Source: Lepidodermella squamata (taxonomy: Eukaryota; Animalia; Gastrotricha). From it: a stretch of DNA of 64,000 nucleotides. Shown in pieces: positions 36,656 through 47,452 of the stretch; position 1 is the stretch's first letter; every line of letters begins with the position of its first letter. The stretch is from NCBI GenBank assembly GCA_047495785.1, contig JBLDXI010000007.1:2480001-2544000 (forward strand). Reading direction: 5' to 3'. The notes under the pieces are model-generated. The model made no database searches. It was not told the DNA's origin and saw only the letters and a list, made by a program, of their open reading frames with translations. Both the position numbers and the translations under genes were made by a program.

Positions 36656-37828
36656 ATGATAATTTGGCTCGTCATATTGCTCGAGTGGATGGTTTCCTCC
36701 GTTAGCAGTGAGGCTTCAAACGGCACAGATGAGCTTACATCACCTGAAATGACGTCACTGATTATTTCAACATGCAATCTATGGCCTACCTCCAACAAAC
36801 CCTCGAGAACGCCAGTAACTACAAATCTCTTCCTGCAGGCCGAACGATTTCTATCGATAGACGATGTTGACGAGACATTCACCCTAAATGTGCTTCTTCT
36901 TTCAAACTGGTCGGTTGATTGCCTAGGAACGATTAGGAAGAAGCCCAGATGGCCGCAAGATGTTGCAATTCTGTGGAATGAAGATCCTCGTGCTTACTGG
37001 CGGCCTAAAATTGTAAGCTTTTTTTAAACTTAATTCGGAAAATATTTGCCGATAGTTGCACAGAAACAGCCCATCGAAGACTGCTATGTCTGGAGATGGT
37101 TTCACGGAGATCCTCATTGTCAGCTTCCAATCGAATACATTTGTCGTATCGACTTATGGAACCTTCACGTCTTTCTGCGATCTAAATTTCTTCGCCTTCC
37201 CTTTCGACTCGCAGATATGTTCAATAGATTTCATGTACATGTTACCCGTCGAACACATGAACTTCGACAATTTTTCTCTGAGAATGAAAACTTCGCCGGA
37301 CTTTAAGCCGGATAATGCGAATTGGAAGTTGCTTGGGAATTATTCGGAAAAGAGTACCCTGATCTATATGGGGAAAAAGATGCCCTATGTAAAATTTTAC
37401 TTTGCTTTTTCGCGCCTACCCGGCTACTACATGCTTAATTTATTCGGACCGAGCCTGATCTTATGTTTCCTTCAACTCGGTAGCTTTCTAATACCTGCTA
37501 AGGCTCCTGATAGACCAGCTTTCGGCGTCACAGTTATGTTGGCCATGTTCGTTCTTCACGATCAGATCATTTCTAACCTCCCACAATCTCCGCGGCTGAT
37601 CGTGGCGTCAATCTACGCTTCTCACAGGTCGTTTTCGGCTTGTTGGTGACCCTTCATTCGGCTGCAATTTGTTTCTGGCTAAGCTACTCTCCCAACGCAT
37701 CGCGGCGCCCGATTTCAAGCAGAAAAATTCGATTATTCCGAATAGTTGATTGCATCGGCTTTATAACTGCAGCTCTGGCTTTTATTAGCATTAATTTAGT
37801 CGCTGTATTTTACATATCAGCTCCTTGA
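36656..37828 (+). CDS. Cys-loop LGIC-4 (exons 36656-37012, 37056-37828) with a 1-nt frameshift in M3 (~37620)
   Basis: 43-nt intron at the conserved site; TACGCTTCTCACAG lacks one T versus paralog TAC GCC TTC TCT CAG; M3 end and M4 continue in ORF 37640-37828. Confidence 0.8.
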
Positions 37829-38599
37829 CTGATTGCCTAAAAATGCCTAAATGCCTAAAAAAGATGTGCCTAAAAATGACAAGAAGCAGTCCAACTGCGG
37901 ATTGTCGATGATGACCTAATTTTTGAGATCCTCGCTTGTACAATCAATTTACTTGCTGTTATTGATTTGGAAATTCTTGTGTCTTGCAGAATTATCGCGA
38001 AGAAAAATTAGGAGAACGAGGACAATTTGTCAAAAACAAAGTAGTCGTCCTCTGTTTCTTGTTGTAGGAACCTCCGGAGTACGTTAGAGTAGATCAGTCA
38101 TTCCTGTGATTGATTTTTCTAGCCTGCAGCGCTCCCGGTTGCAATATCTGATGTTACCCTACTAAACATTCACCTGGTCGATCAAGGGTAGACATTGGGG
38201 CAGTGGCAACCAGTTTCGAGCCACCTGGCGATGAGATCACGCATACATGCGCAAACACGGCTATTTGACCTGCACTGATTAACGCAACGCTTTGTCTTTT
38301 GGCTTTTAAAAGTTGAAAATTTGACAACAGCTGCTGAATTAGTTTAATTAGTTTTTCGAGATATCAGGCTCTGAACGGTGCTTGTCATTTTGTCAAATAC
38401 GGCAAAAAAGCTTGTTTCTATTTCTGGCTGCTCCAGGATTGCAGATGCTTACAAACTATCGAAGGCACACGTACATAAAATGGATAGATAAAAACGACAA
38501 TTTATTTGCTACGGCCTCATAATGTCTTCCACTCAAGGTATACTCTATGGTTTGGTGTATTCTAGTTAGGGGTTTCCTGTGTTGATTTCAAAAAATAGC

Positions 38600-40885
38600 T
38601 CAGGTTCGTTCAGCGATTACGTTGGTGGGCAGAATGTACGCTATCAACTGCAATAATGCGGTGACATTCGAATACAACAAGACACCGAACGCAGGGACCG
38701 ATGTCCGCAACACAACTCGATCTTGTGGCAACAGAACCATTAAACTTAACACAACCCCCATCATTGTAAGACCGTTGATGGCTGCGAGTTTCGTTGCGGT
38801 ATACTCTCTTTTGCTCCCCAGTGCTTTAAGCTCATACGCGAAAATAGCTCCAACAATGAGAATCGCGATGTGAACAATAGACAGTAATGGTCCCCAAGTT
38901 GACAAAAATCTAGAACTGCATACTTGTTGCCAATTTGCAGCGTAAGAATCGGTTGTAGGGTTATATTGCACTGGGCTAATTCTAGCTATCATCGTCACTG
39001 GATCACCAGCTAAGAAGCCAGCCATAACAGCCAGATTAAGAACAATGAAAACTAAGCAATGAAAAACACTGGTCATGCGGATCTCCCATGGTTCAGTTTC
39101 CACGTGATGCTGTTGGTGCGAACCCCTGGTAGATACTCGAGAATTAGCTGGTTTCGCAAATCTTGTATGCGTCCGAAACCAAATGAACAGAGAAGCGATT
39201 CGCGAAAAGAATGATCCGTTGACCACAGCAACGCCGGTAACGGTTAGAATCACCTGAGATTGACAAATTTCATCTGACAGGGCGCTATTGAAGGTGGCAG
39301 CTAAACAGAGAGCGGCAGCATCGGATAAGATACTTCCAAGTAACGCGAGAATGCCTAAGATCGCATCAGCTGGCTTAAGTCGCTTCTTCGCCATACGATA
39401 AAAGGCAACCGCCTTAGCGACGACAGCAACACTAACAAAGGCAACTATGATTCCGAAAACAGATGCTGGAACGCTATCAAAATTGTAAGAAATATTGGAA
39501 AGATCCTTTGGGGTTAAACCGTCTGCAGTGAGCCAGACTGGCTCATTGAGCTTCTCGACGTTGTAGCTACTCAACAGGAGAATCGAACTGGTACTGTTAC
39601 CAGCGAAAGTGACGCGTAATATGATGCGCATGCCTTCCCTTGGAGTCCATTGAGTTAGATATTGTGGTTCGTAATCAAGTTCCAGCCTGGGCGTATACTT
39701 GATGCGTCCTATCCTCAACCCGACAAAATCAGACGCAGCGGCACTTTCATTTACCGCCTTCCAAACCAAATCGGGCTCACTGGCATAATCCTTCAGCGTT
39801 TTGTTCTGAGCTTTTAAAATCCTCTCTCCGCCGTCCAATGAAAGTAAAGCCTGCATCATTGAATCGAAACACCTGTGACGACGGACATAATCAGCTGATC
39901 TAGAGTTGTTCGTCAAATTATCAAGAAGAATATCAAATCCTCGTTGGTCATAGCCGAAACTTGTATTGCCGTGATCTTCGATGGCAAAATCGAAAGGCCC
40001 ACTCCAAAATGTGTGTTGAACTTGCTCACTCAAAATTTGCCTCGTGCAGTTACCAGGGAGCTTCAGATCGCCAGCAGTCGGATCGACAAAGCTCGCAGAT
40101 ACGGCAAGAAAGACGAATAACGGGGGCCTTACCCCAGCATGCCATGCCAGGCATAGAAATTGTGTGCTCTGCGCCACCGAACCAGTATTCACAGTGATTA
40201 CTCTGGCGTCACTTCTTCGAATCTGCCACAACATGCCATCATTCACGCCGTCAGAGCTTACACGGAATATGAGACGCTTCCCATAAAGCTTCAAATTATC
40301 GCCGAGATAATCATTCGCGAAGTTATCAGTTGACGCGGAAAACCCAGCGGCTCCATACTGACGCCATCGACTCGTTGTGGCAATGAAAGCAGTCTGAGGC
40401 ATAAGTTGGGTGTCCGATGGGATTCGATTTCGGTATAAGTGTGGATAAACCGTTCGAAGTGCTGTGAATTGGGGCCCACTACACCCTGGTGTGAACTGAA
40501 TCTGCCTCATGAATTTAGAAATCCCAGTTATTGTGTTGCAGATCTGGGCTGTCCCTACGATGACCGGGGCGAGAAAGGTTCGTTTCTTAGGATCTCTTGA
40601 AATTTTTACTTCAGCATCGCTTAGGAAATTCACATATGTCCTTGGAGCGAGTGAAGCCTGACTGCCTTCGTCGCGGAAGTCTGTCACCAATTCGTAGTCG
40701 GGTAGCAGATCTTTCCTCGAGTTTGCAGTATTCACAGCTACTTGCATCGCAGCTTGGCAAACCCGGCCATCTCTGGGCTCATATCCAGTGTAAGTCGCAG
40801 CGGCGTAGACAAGAAGCTTGTAAGGCTTCTCAGCAGATGTTCCTTCAGCCAGAAGCAACAGAAATAGAACATTAATCATCATCAT
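38600..40885 (-). CDS. GABA-B-like class C GPCR-3, intronless 761 aa
   Basis: VFT + 7TM, clear paralog of GPCR-1/2. Confidence 0.9.
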   Translation of the reverse strand: MMMINVLFLLLLAEGTSAEKPYKLLVYAAATYTGYEPRDGRVCQAAMQVAVNTANSRKDLLPDYELVTDFRDEGSQASLAPRTYVNFLSDAEVKISRDPKKRTFLAPVIVGTAQICNTITGISKFMRQIQFTPGCSGPQFTALRTVYPHLYRNRIPSDTQLMPQTAFIATTSRWRQYGAAGFSASTDNFANDYLGDNLKLYGKRLIFRVSSDGVNDGMLWQIRRSDARVITVNTGSVAQSTQFLCLAWHAGVRPPLFVFLAVSASFVDPTAGDLKLPGNCTRQILSEQVQHTFWSGPFDFAIEDHGNTSFGYDQRGFDILLDNLTNNSRSADYVRRHRCFDSMMQALLSLDGGERILKAQNKTLKDYASEPDLVWKAVNESAAASDFVGLRIGRIKYTPRLELDYEPQYLTQWTPREGMRIILRVTFAGNSTSSILLLSSYNVEKLNEPVWLTADGLTPKDLSNISYNFDSVPASVFGIIVAFVSVAVVAKAVAFYRMAKKRLKPADAILGILALLGSILSDAAALCLAATFNSALSDEICQSQVILTVTGVAVVNGSFFSRIASLFIWFRTHTRFAKPANSRVSTRGSHQQHHVETEPWEIRMTSVFHCLVFIVLNLAVMAGFLAGDPVTMIARISPVQYNPTTDSYAANWQQVCSSRFLSTWGPLLSIVHIAILIVGAIFAYELKALGSKREYTATKLAAINGLTMMGVVLSLMVLLPQDRVVLRTSVPAFGVLLYSNVTALLQLIAYILPTNVIAERT

Positions 40886-41081
40886 TTTCTCGAATAGTCG
40901 TCCTAAAAACTATTCAGAAACAAATGTTTTTTGAATAAATCTATCCTTTTTGTACGTAGCCAAGAATTTAGGGGTGATACAGTGTTATAGTAGCTCACTG
41001 CCTGCCTAATCTACCACGCTTGGTGAACCAAACGCCTGGTTAAATGGCGTTGATTGCGAGGGAGGTATCAACTAATGTTTA

Positions 41082-41196
41082 GAGGTTAAGCAGTCTTTTT
41101 TTTAAGCATGTTACACATGTTACAATGTAACAACCAATCGGACCGAATGTAGCAACCAAAATCAAAGTGACGCCTGGAAAAGACTGCTTTAACCTC
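41082..41196. mobile_element. Tiny hairpin/MITE upstream of GPCR-3
   Basis: GAGGTTAAGCAGTCTTTT ... AAAAGACTGCTTTAACCTC; absent from homologous upstream regions of GPCR-5 and GPCR-6. Confidence 0.55.
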
Positions 41197-42057
41197 GTTT
41201 TTAGGAGGTTCGGAGCCTTTTCTAGTGGAAAATCATCGAAATTTCCTCGCCTCGCTCGTATTATTGGTAAAGATTAGATGTAATTTTCACCAATGCAGCA
41301 CAACAATTTTCACTTTCGAGAACTACCAAGAAATCGTTTGTAATAACCAATCGTTTGCTTACAAAAACCCTGGGTTAAGGCAAGGTGTTAAATTTAGAAC
41401 TCGGCTGCTGTTTTGCGGGTGTGGGCAAATGAGGCGGTGACAACGCCAACGTTTGGCTAACTACCCTAGGAGAGTATATATTTGTAAGCAGTCACTCGGC
41501 ACACTATTCATTCTAATACCCGCAGAATAACTCGGAGGGGCTTGCCGATCGTATCCTGGGGGCTAAGCTGCTCAGAAACTGCAGTAGCAACAGTTTTCAC
41601 GGTTTTTATCGTTAAACGAAGGATACGAAGGATACTCATGCAGGATAACTACAATTTTCCAAATGTTGATGGCTCGCGGGAAAATGCAAAGGATTGACGA
41701 AATGGAAAGCAAAAAATGACAGACGACAGACTATAAATATAAATATTCATTTCGCAGTATTAAATTGCGTGATTGTCCAGTCTCATTTTGTTTTGTCTAT
41801 ATGGTGCGAGAAAATTGCGCCCATAATTAGGCGCTCAAGGTTTCAAGGGATAGCTGTCTCGTCTGGCTATAAAGCGAGTGTAAACTGCCAAAGCATCAAG
41901 TGAATTGAATGAATCGAAGTGAATACGTATAATTCGGTCCCAAATTGAGTGGCCTATTAACCCTATTACCCTATTAATTGCATGTTGATATTCGTGCACC
42001 ATTGTTAACATCAGCTGGCCTTAGCCCCGTAGGCAAGCCATTAGCAAAACATTTATA

Positions 42058-42513
42058 CCGTATTTTAAGAATTATAAGACCCTGCCCTATTTTTTCCAAA
42101 CGAGGTTAAAGTCCTGCCCTGTATTTAGAGTCTGCCCTTTATTTCGGTTCTGCCCTTTAATTTTTCGAACCTAATCAGTCACCTAAAGACTACCCAGATC
42201 AACATTTAAAACCGCCGAAAAACCACTATAGCTACTGCCTTCCACCCGTGACTACACACGTGAAGTGTAAGCTAAGTGGATTAAGGTGGATAAACGACGA
42301 TTAGTGCACTTACTGAGGAAAAATCACAATATATCCAGTTTTAACCACTTACCCAGCAGGCGCTAATGTAAGCCACTGCCTATTACCAGGCATACCAGGC
42401 CCTGCCTATTAATACGGTTCTGTCCTTTATTGTTTCAAATGACCATAACCCTCTGCCCTTTATTCCGGTTCTGCCCTATATTTGGTTCCTGCCTAATAAT
42501 TCGTAAAATACGG
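42058..42513. mobile_element. pogo-type MITE
   Basis: TIRs CCGTATTTTAAGAATTAT / ATAATTCGTAAAATACGG; second copy at 16525-16903. Confidence 0.85.
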
Positions 42514-44145
42514 TCGATAAGGGAATTCGTATAGAAATTGCATTTAATTAAAGATTCTGAACAAAGCGATTCGGTCGGCGAGCTTTTCTAAGATAATTCG
42601 CTAAATTACTGCGTCTTACTGAAAAACCTCTTTTTGCGGTATAAACGGACCACGAATTTAAGATCCGCGAAAATTAAAACCACGCGAAGCTTTCGTCCCG
42701 CAAAAATTTCCGACCAGCAAAAATGTGCTCATCCCGGAAAACTTATATATCAAAAATAACAACTGCTGCAACAACCGTGGGAAGTGGGCATTATTTGCAT
42801 GTTAATATCCGCGCACCTTCACAATATCCGACGTTTTTAGCCCCGTACCCGGAACGCAAGCAATTAGCGAGAATTTCGCCACAAATGTAACTTGTGCACT
42901 TTCTTTAAACTCAAAAAATTATTACCATCGCTGCGCTGTGACCTTTGTTAATTTCCGTAATTTTAATTCGAAACAACACATGTCGCATAATCCATGAGCC
43001 TTTCAAGATTTCTGTACAGCGAGGTCTTAGGGGGATGAAAGATGAAACCACTAACTTGAAATAATGGCGATATGCGCAGCAACAACTCTACGGTTGCAGA
43101 ATATGCGGGACCAATTGCAAAAAAGCAGTAGTATTAGAGTAGAACAACACACCAAATGATAAAATCGACGTCCCCAGCTTCACGCGAATCGCTGGCAACA
43201 AAGCCATCAAGGCAAAGACTGCAGCCATGATTGTCAATTCCTTGAGTTGCTCATAGGTAAATATAGCACTGACAATCAAGTCCGACGTGAATTACTGCTG
43301 TTAGGCCCTATTGCTAAATATTGAGAACTCCAAACTGCAAGCTCCACGGCTGGGTCATACTGAATTGAAGCGCGTTTGTGATCGGTCTCCAACATAGAGC
43401 TAGTTCTAAGATAGAGTTCCTACTCCTGACAAAGCCTGCAAACGCCATGGGCACCAAATTACCAAATGTTGTGATGAATCAGCATCGAGTGGTTGGAAAA
43501 GTGAACAGATCAGGTGATTTTCGAACGCTCATTATTCTTGGGCGATTAATCACAATCATCACAATCACCACATTTCCAGCGGTTCCAGATAGATCTTGAA
43601 GCGATAAACACATTGATTATTTTTTCGAAATTTTAACTATTTTTGAAATTGGGAAAATCGCAAAAAAATGAAATTGATTAATTAATAATTAATAATGAAT
43701 CATAATTATGTTTTTTCTGTTTACCTATTCGTTTCCCCTGCTCTTCGATATACACTTAATTATGAAGTTGGGAGTTTAATACTGAAGTTGAGAAAGTTTA
43801 ATACATTTTTGGAAAATACGCGAAGGCCCCGAAATGTTGCCCGTGGAGTCCGCCTTGGTCCTGTTTGCAGGACCAAGGTGGCCCTGGGTGGCACTTCGGT
43901 GGCATTGCGGGCTATTGGCTGTTTTGAAAATTTTTCGACAAGCCGATGTTTAAATTGCGGATGACATGAAGAAACAACATCTCATCGCAAGGGAATACGA
44001 TACTTTGCGTCGTTATCTCGCCTGGTGATTGTACCAGCTGCCACTGCAAAACTTATGCAAAAGGTGATTATAAGTTGGGTGCATATCCGGGGTCAACCTT
44101 AGAGCTTATTGTCGCCATCTGGCCGCTGAAACGATGAATGCAGCT

Positions 44146-46554
44146 CAGGGCAGGAAAAAGTGTCCGATCGTGCGATCTATGATCGTGGGCAGTTTACAGG
44201 GCTGAAACCCCCTTTTCGTGGGCAGCTCGGCTTTTTGCTCATTATTTAAAAAGTCATTGCGTAACTATGAACTTCAATTTATTTGGAGGAAGAAAATCGA
44301 AATGTAAAAGATTAAAATTCGATGCGCCCTTTGGCGCTGGCGATGCGATCGACAACCTTCCCTGTTGCAAACTTGACCGCCCGATCGCTGCGCCGCTTGA
44401 AATTCCACTCCCTTCCCTTAAAGTAATTATTTAACGCGGTAATCAAAAATTTTGAAGAATTCGGGTTGGCAGGATTTGGTCCATTCCAGTGGATGAAGGT
44501 CTCTTTTGACACGACCGCATCGTCCGCCGGGCGATCGTGGCTAGCATGACGGTCCAAGACGGACCCCATCGACTCCACCACGGACTCGCAGTGGCTCTTG
44601 AGGGCACATTTTAAATAAAAAGACATGAAGTCTTGGAGCCCTTCATGCAATGAAGCGGTATTCATAAATTGATACAACACCTCGCAGTGTTTTTGCCCAT
44701 TTAAGGGAAGCGATTTAACCCGCTTGCTCCAAATGCGGTATTGACTGATTATCGAATCTCGATTGAGCAGTTGCCCACCTTCCTCGGCCTCGTCGATGAT
44801 TTCAGAGAGGACGGATATCTGCTCTGGAGCCCCAGCCTTTATCAGTTCCACATTAAACACCAATGCAGCCTTGCTGCTCAGATTCTGCTGAGGCGGAAAA
44901 CGTTCCACAAGTCGCTGCGTTATAGTCGTGCATAGACGCTTTCCTTGCTCGAGACATGATTTGGCAGTAGACAATAGGTCAGTAGGTCCGGTTGATTTAG
45001 CCGATCGAGTGACGACAATCTGCCCACCGCATTGGTCCAATTTGCGAGTTTTATACTTGCCCCCTAATAATAAGGAAGATTAGATCCTCCCAAAACTGCC
45101 CAATTTCACACTTACCATTTTCTTGCAACTCCTTGTACGCGGAGTGGAACGATGGAAATTGATCAGCGCAATCTTCAATATCTACTGCCGACATTTGGCG
45201 GAATTTCGATCTGGCGAGTTTTATTATCGTGTCAATTTCCCAATTCATCAAGTCGAAAGTTTGAACTTGTTTCGAGGTTTTACCAAGGAGATCGTAAACA
45301 TCAATTGCCAAATTGAGCTGCAAAACGAGTTTCGCTTGGCCGATTTTCGCAGCTAGTGGGTCGCTCTTCTCGACAAGTTTCGCATGCATCGTTGTGAAAT
45401 TTTTGCGGAAATTGCGGAAAACCCCATCAGCGTAGGCTGCGAATCGGGTATCTAGTTATAATGACACAGGTAAAATACGTTTTTTGCGATTATCTCGATC
45501 AATTATCGATGATCAGCAGAAATCGATAATCGATAATCGATAAGTGGTGATAGATAGAGGAAATTGAGTGACACCAGCTTGTTCAGCGTGAAATTTCACC
45601 CTAGATGACAAATTTTCATGTTTCTATCATTCATAATAAGGCAGATATCGCACAATCAGTTTTACTTCCGGTGGGGTATGTTTAGGCGGCTTTAGGCAAT
45701 TGATGTAGAATTTTTCAAAAAACCGGCAAAACCGCTTCCTTTGAACTCGCTGAATTACGACTAAGATTGGATTGCCGATCAGTCGGTTCGACACTCGAGC
45801 TTCGAGATACCGCCGAATGTGGTCCGGCCATCGACATGCGACTAGATGGAAGCATAACATCACAGTTGAAAACGTCGTCGTCATCAGCTGCAGTTGCTAC
45901 ATCAACAGGGTTTTCGTTGGTGGAAACCGACGATCCAGTGTCACTCACGGATGCCAAAGACGGTAGCGTAGAAGACGTGGTCACAGAATTAGTTGTTAGA
46001 GCTGAACTTGAACTAGCCGACGCTAAAGAAGGCAGCGTAGATGAAGTGGCCATGAGCTGAGCTGAGCTTGTACTACTTGCTTGTAATTTTTGAGCAGAGC
46101 TTGCACTACTAGCGAACGATAGCTTGGTTTGCTTGGCCTGCTCTTTCTGCCATTCTTCCGGATGAACTGCCTGACGATGGCGATCAATGTGCTTCCGCAT
46201 CATCGGTTTGCCACAGTCTTTACAAGGAACTTTTTCCTGGTTTGGCGCAACTCGATTCATTTTATTAGCAACAAGTAAATCAAAATGCTGGTGAACTATA
46301 TAAATAAATATTAAAATAAATTAATTTCCTCGACAAATTTTCTATAACAAAATTAAATTAAATCAAAACAGCAACACTTTTCAACAAAAGCAAATTTTAG
46401 CTGGCACCCTCGTAATAGTCTAAATAAAATACCTTGTATTTATGCCAACGAGAAACAAGTGACTCATGTCACTCTTTAAACAAATAACAGCATATGGTGT
46501 TTGGTGGGCAGATTTTGCGCGATCGTGGGTCAGAAAACATGTTTTCCTACCCTG
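44146..46554 (-). mobile_element. hAT-superfamily DNA transposon (internally deleted)
   Basis: TIRs CAGGGCAGGAAAA / TTTTCCTACCCTG; perfect 8-bp TSD ATGCAGCT (44138-44145, 46555-46562). Confidence 0.92.
44312..46260 (-). pseudogene. hAT-like transposase remnant
   Basis: N-terminal C2H2-type zinc finger (CKDC..H..H) in ORF 45715-46260; DTRF (TRW-like) motif at ~45445; a 52-nt intron 45115-45064 joins ORFs 45051-45389 and 44312-45040 in frame; C-terminal CESVVESMGS; too short to include the full catalytic core. Confidence 0.7.
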
Positions 46555-47452
46555 ATGCAGCTACAGACATGTTCTGAGTGTCCGATGGAATTCGATTTCG
46601 GTACAAGAGCGGTTAAACTGTTCGAAGTGCCGTAAATTGGGGACCACTGCAACCCGGAGTGAACTGAATCTGCCGCATGAAATGAGAGATTCAAGTGATC
46701 GTATTACATGTCTGAAGAGTTCCTAACATTGCAGGAGCTAGGAAGGTTCGATTCGACCGATCTGCCTTGATTTTCTCTTCCGCTGCTCTGATTCAAATAA
46801 CTACTAAAATGAAAACTCGAAATCTCCTCTACGGCCTACTTCATTTAGACAATATGGCTCGAGCGCAAAAATGGATATCTGACTTGCGCTGATAAACTGC
46901 TCACTACGCTTTGCCTGTGAAATGTTAAAATCTGACAAACGCTGATGAATTGACGTAGGAGTTTTTCGAGAGCTCTGAACTTCAGCAAGTAAATGGACAG
47001 TATGCGGGTGACGTTCTTTGTAGGTGCGGGTTGAATGCGGGACAGTTCCGCACACTTTCACGCATATTTCCTTCGGGTCGTTCCCACACTCATTACGCAT
47101 TCGTCCCGCCATGTCCCGCGCTAGTGCGGGAAGATGATGTATAGCCCGCTGTTTCGTCAATTTTGAGAGGTGTTTGTTTTAGCAACAAAATCTTCACAAC
47201 TTCCTCGCTTAGCTCGTTTTTTGGGTTAACATTTAGAATAATTTTAATTTGAGCATTAACCACTAAAAACTGCATCTATCCGTAGCAGCTGCAGAATCCA
47301 ACATAGCACCCTGAATGGATGCTATTATTGAACAAACTATTGAAGTCACATTCCCATTTAACGGGCAGTATAAATTGACAATTTATTTTATATGGTCTCA
47401 CATGGCTGGAGTTCCTGTGTTGTTTTAAAAAAACCTCAGCTTTGTTCAAAAC

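Larger units (their letters stand above)
43088..46792 (-). pseudogene. Fragmented class C GPCR pseudogene interrupted by a hAT element
   Basis: TM6-7 remnant (SILSFGVLFYSNTTAFLQL) at 43088-43279; 44110-44145 and 46555-46792 align to GPCR-2 VFT DNA ~35390-35653. Confidence 0.8.
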
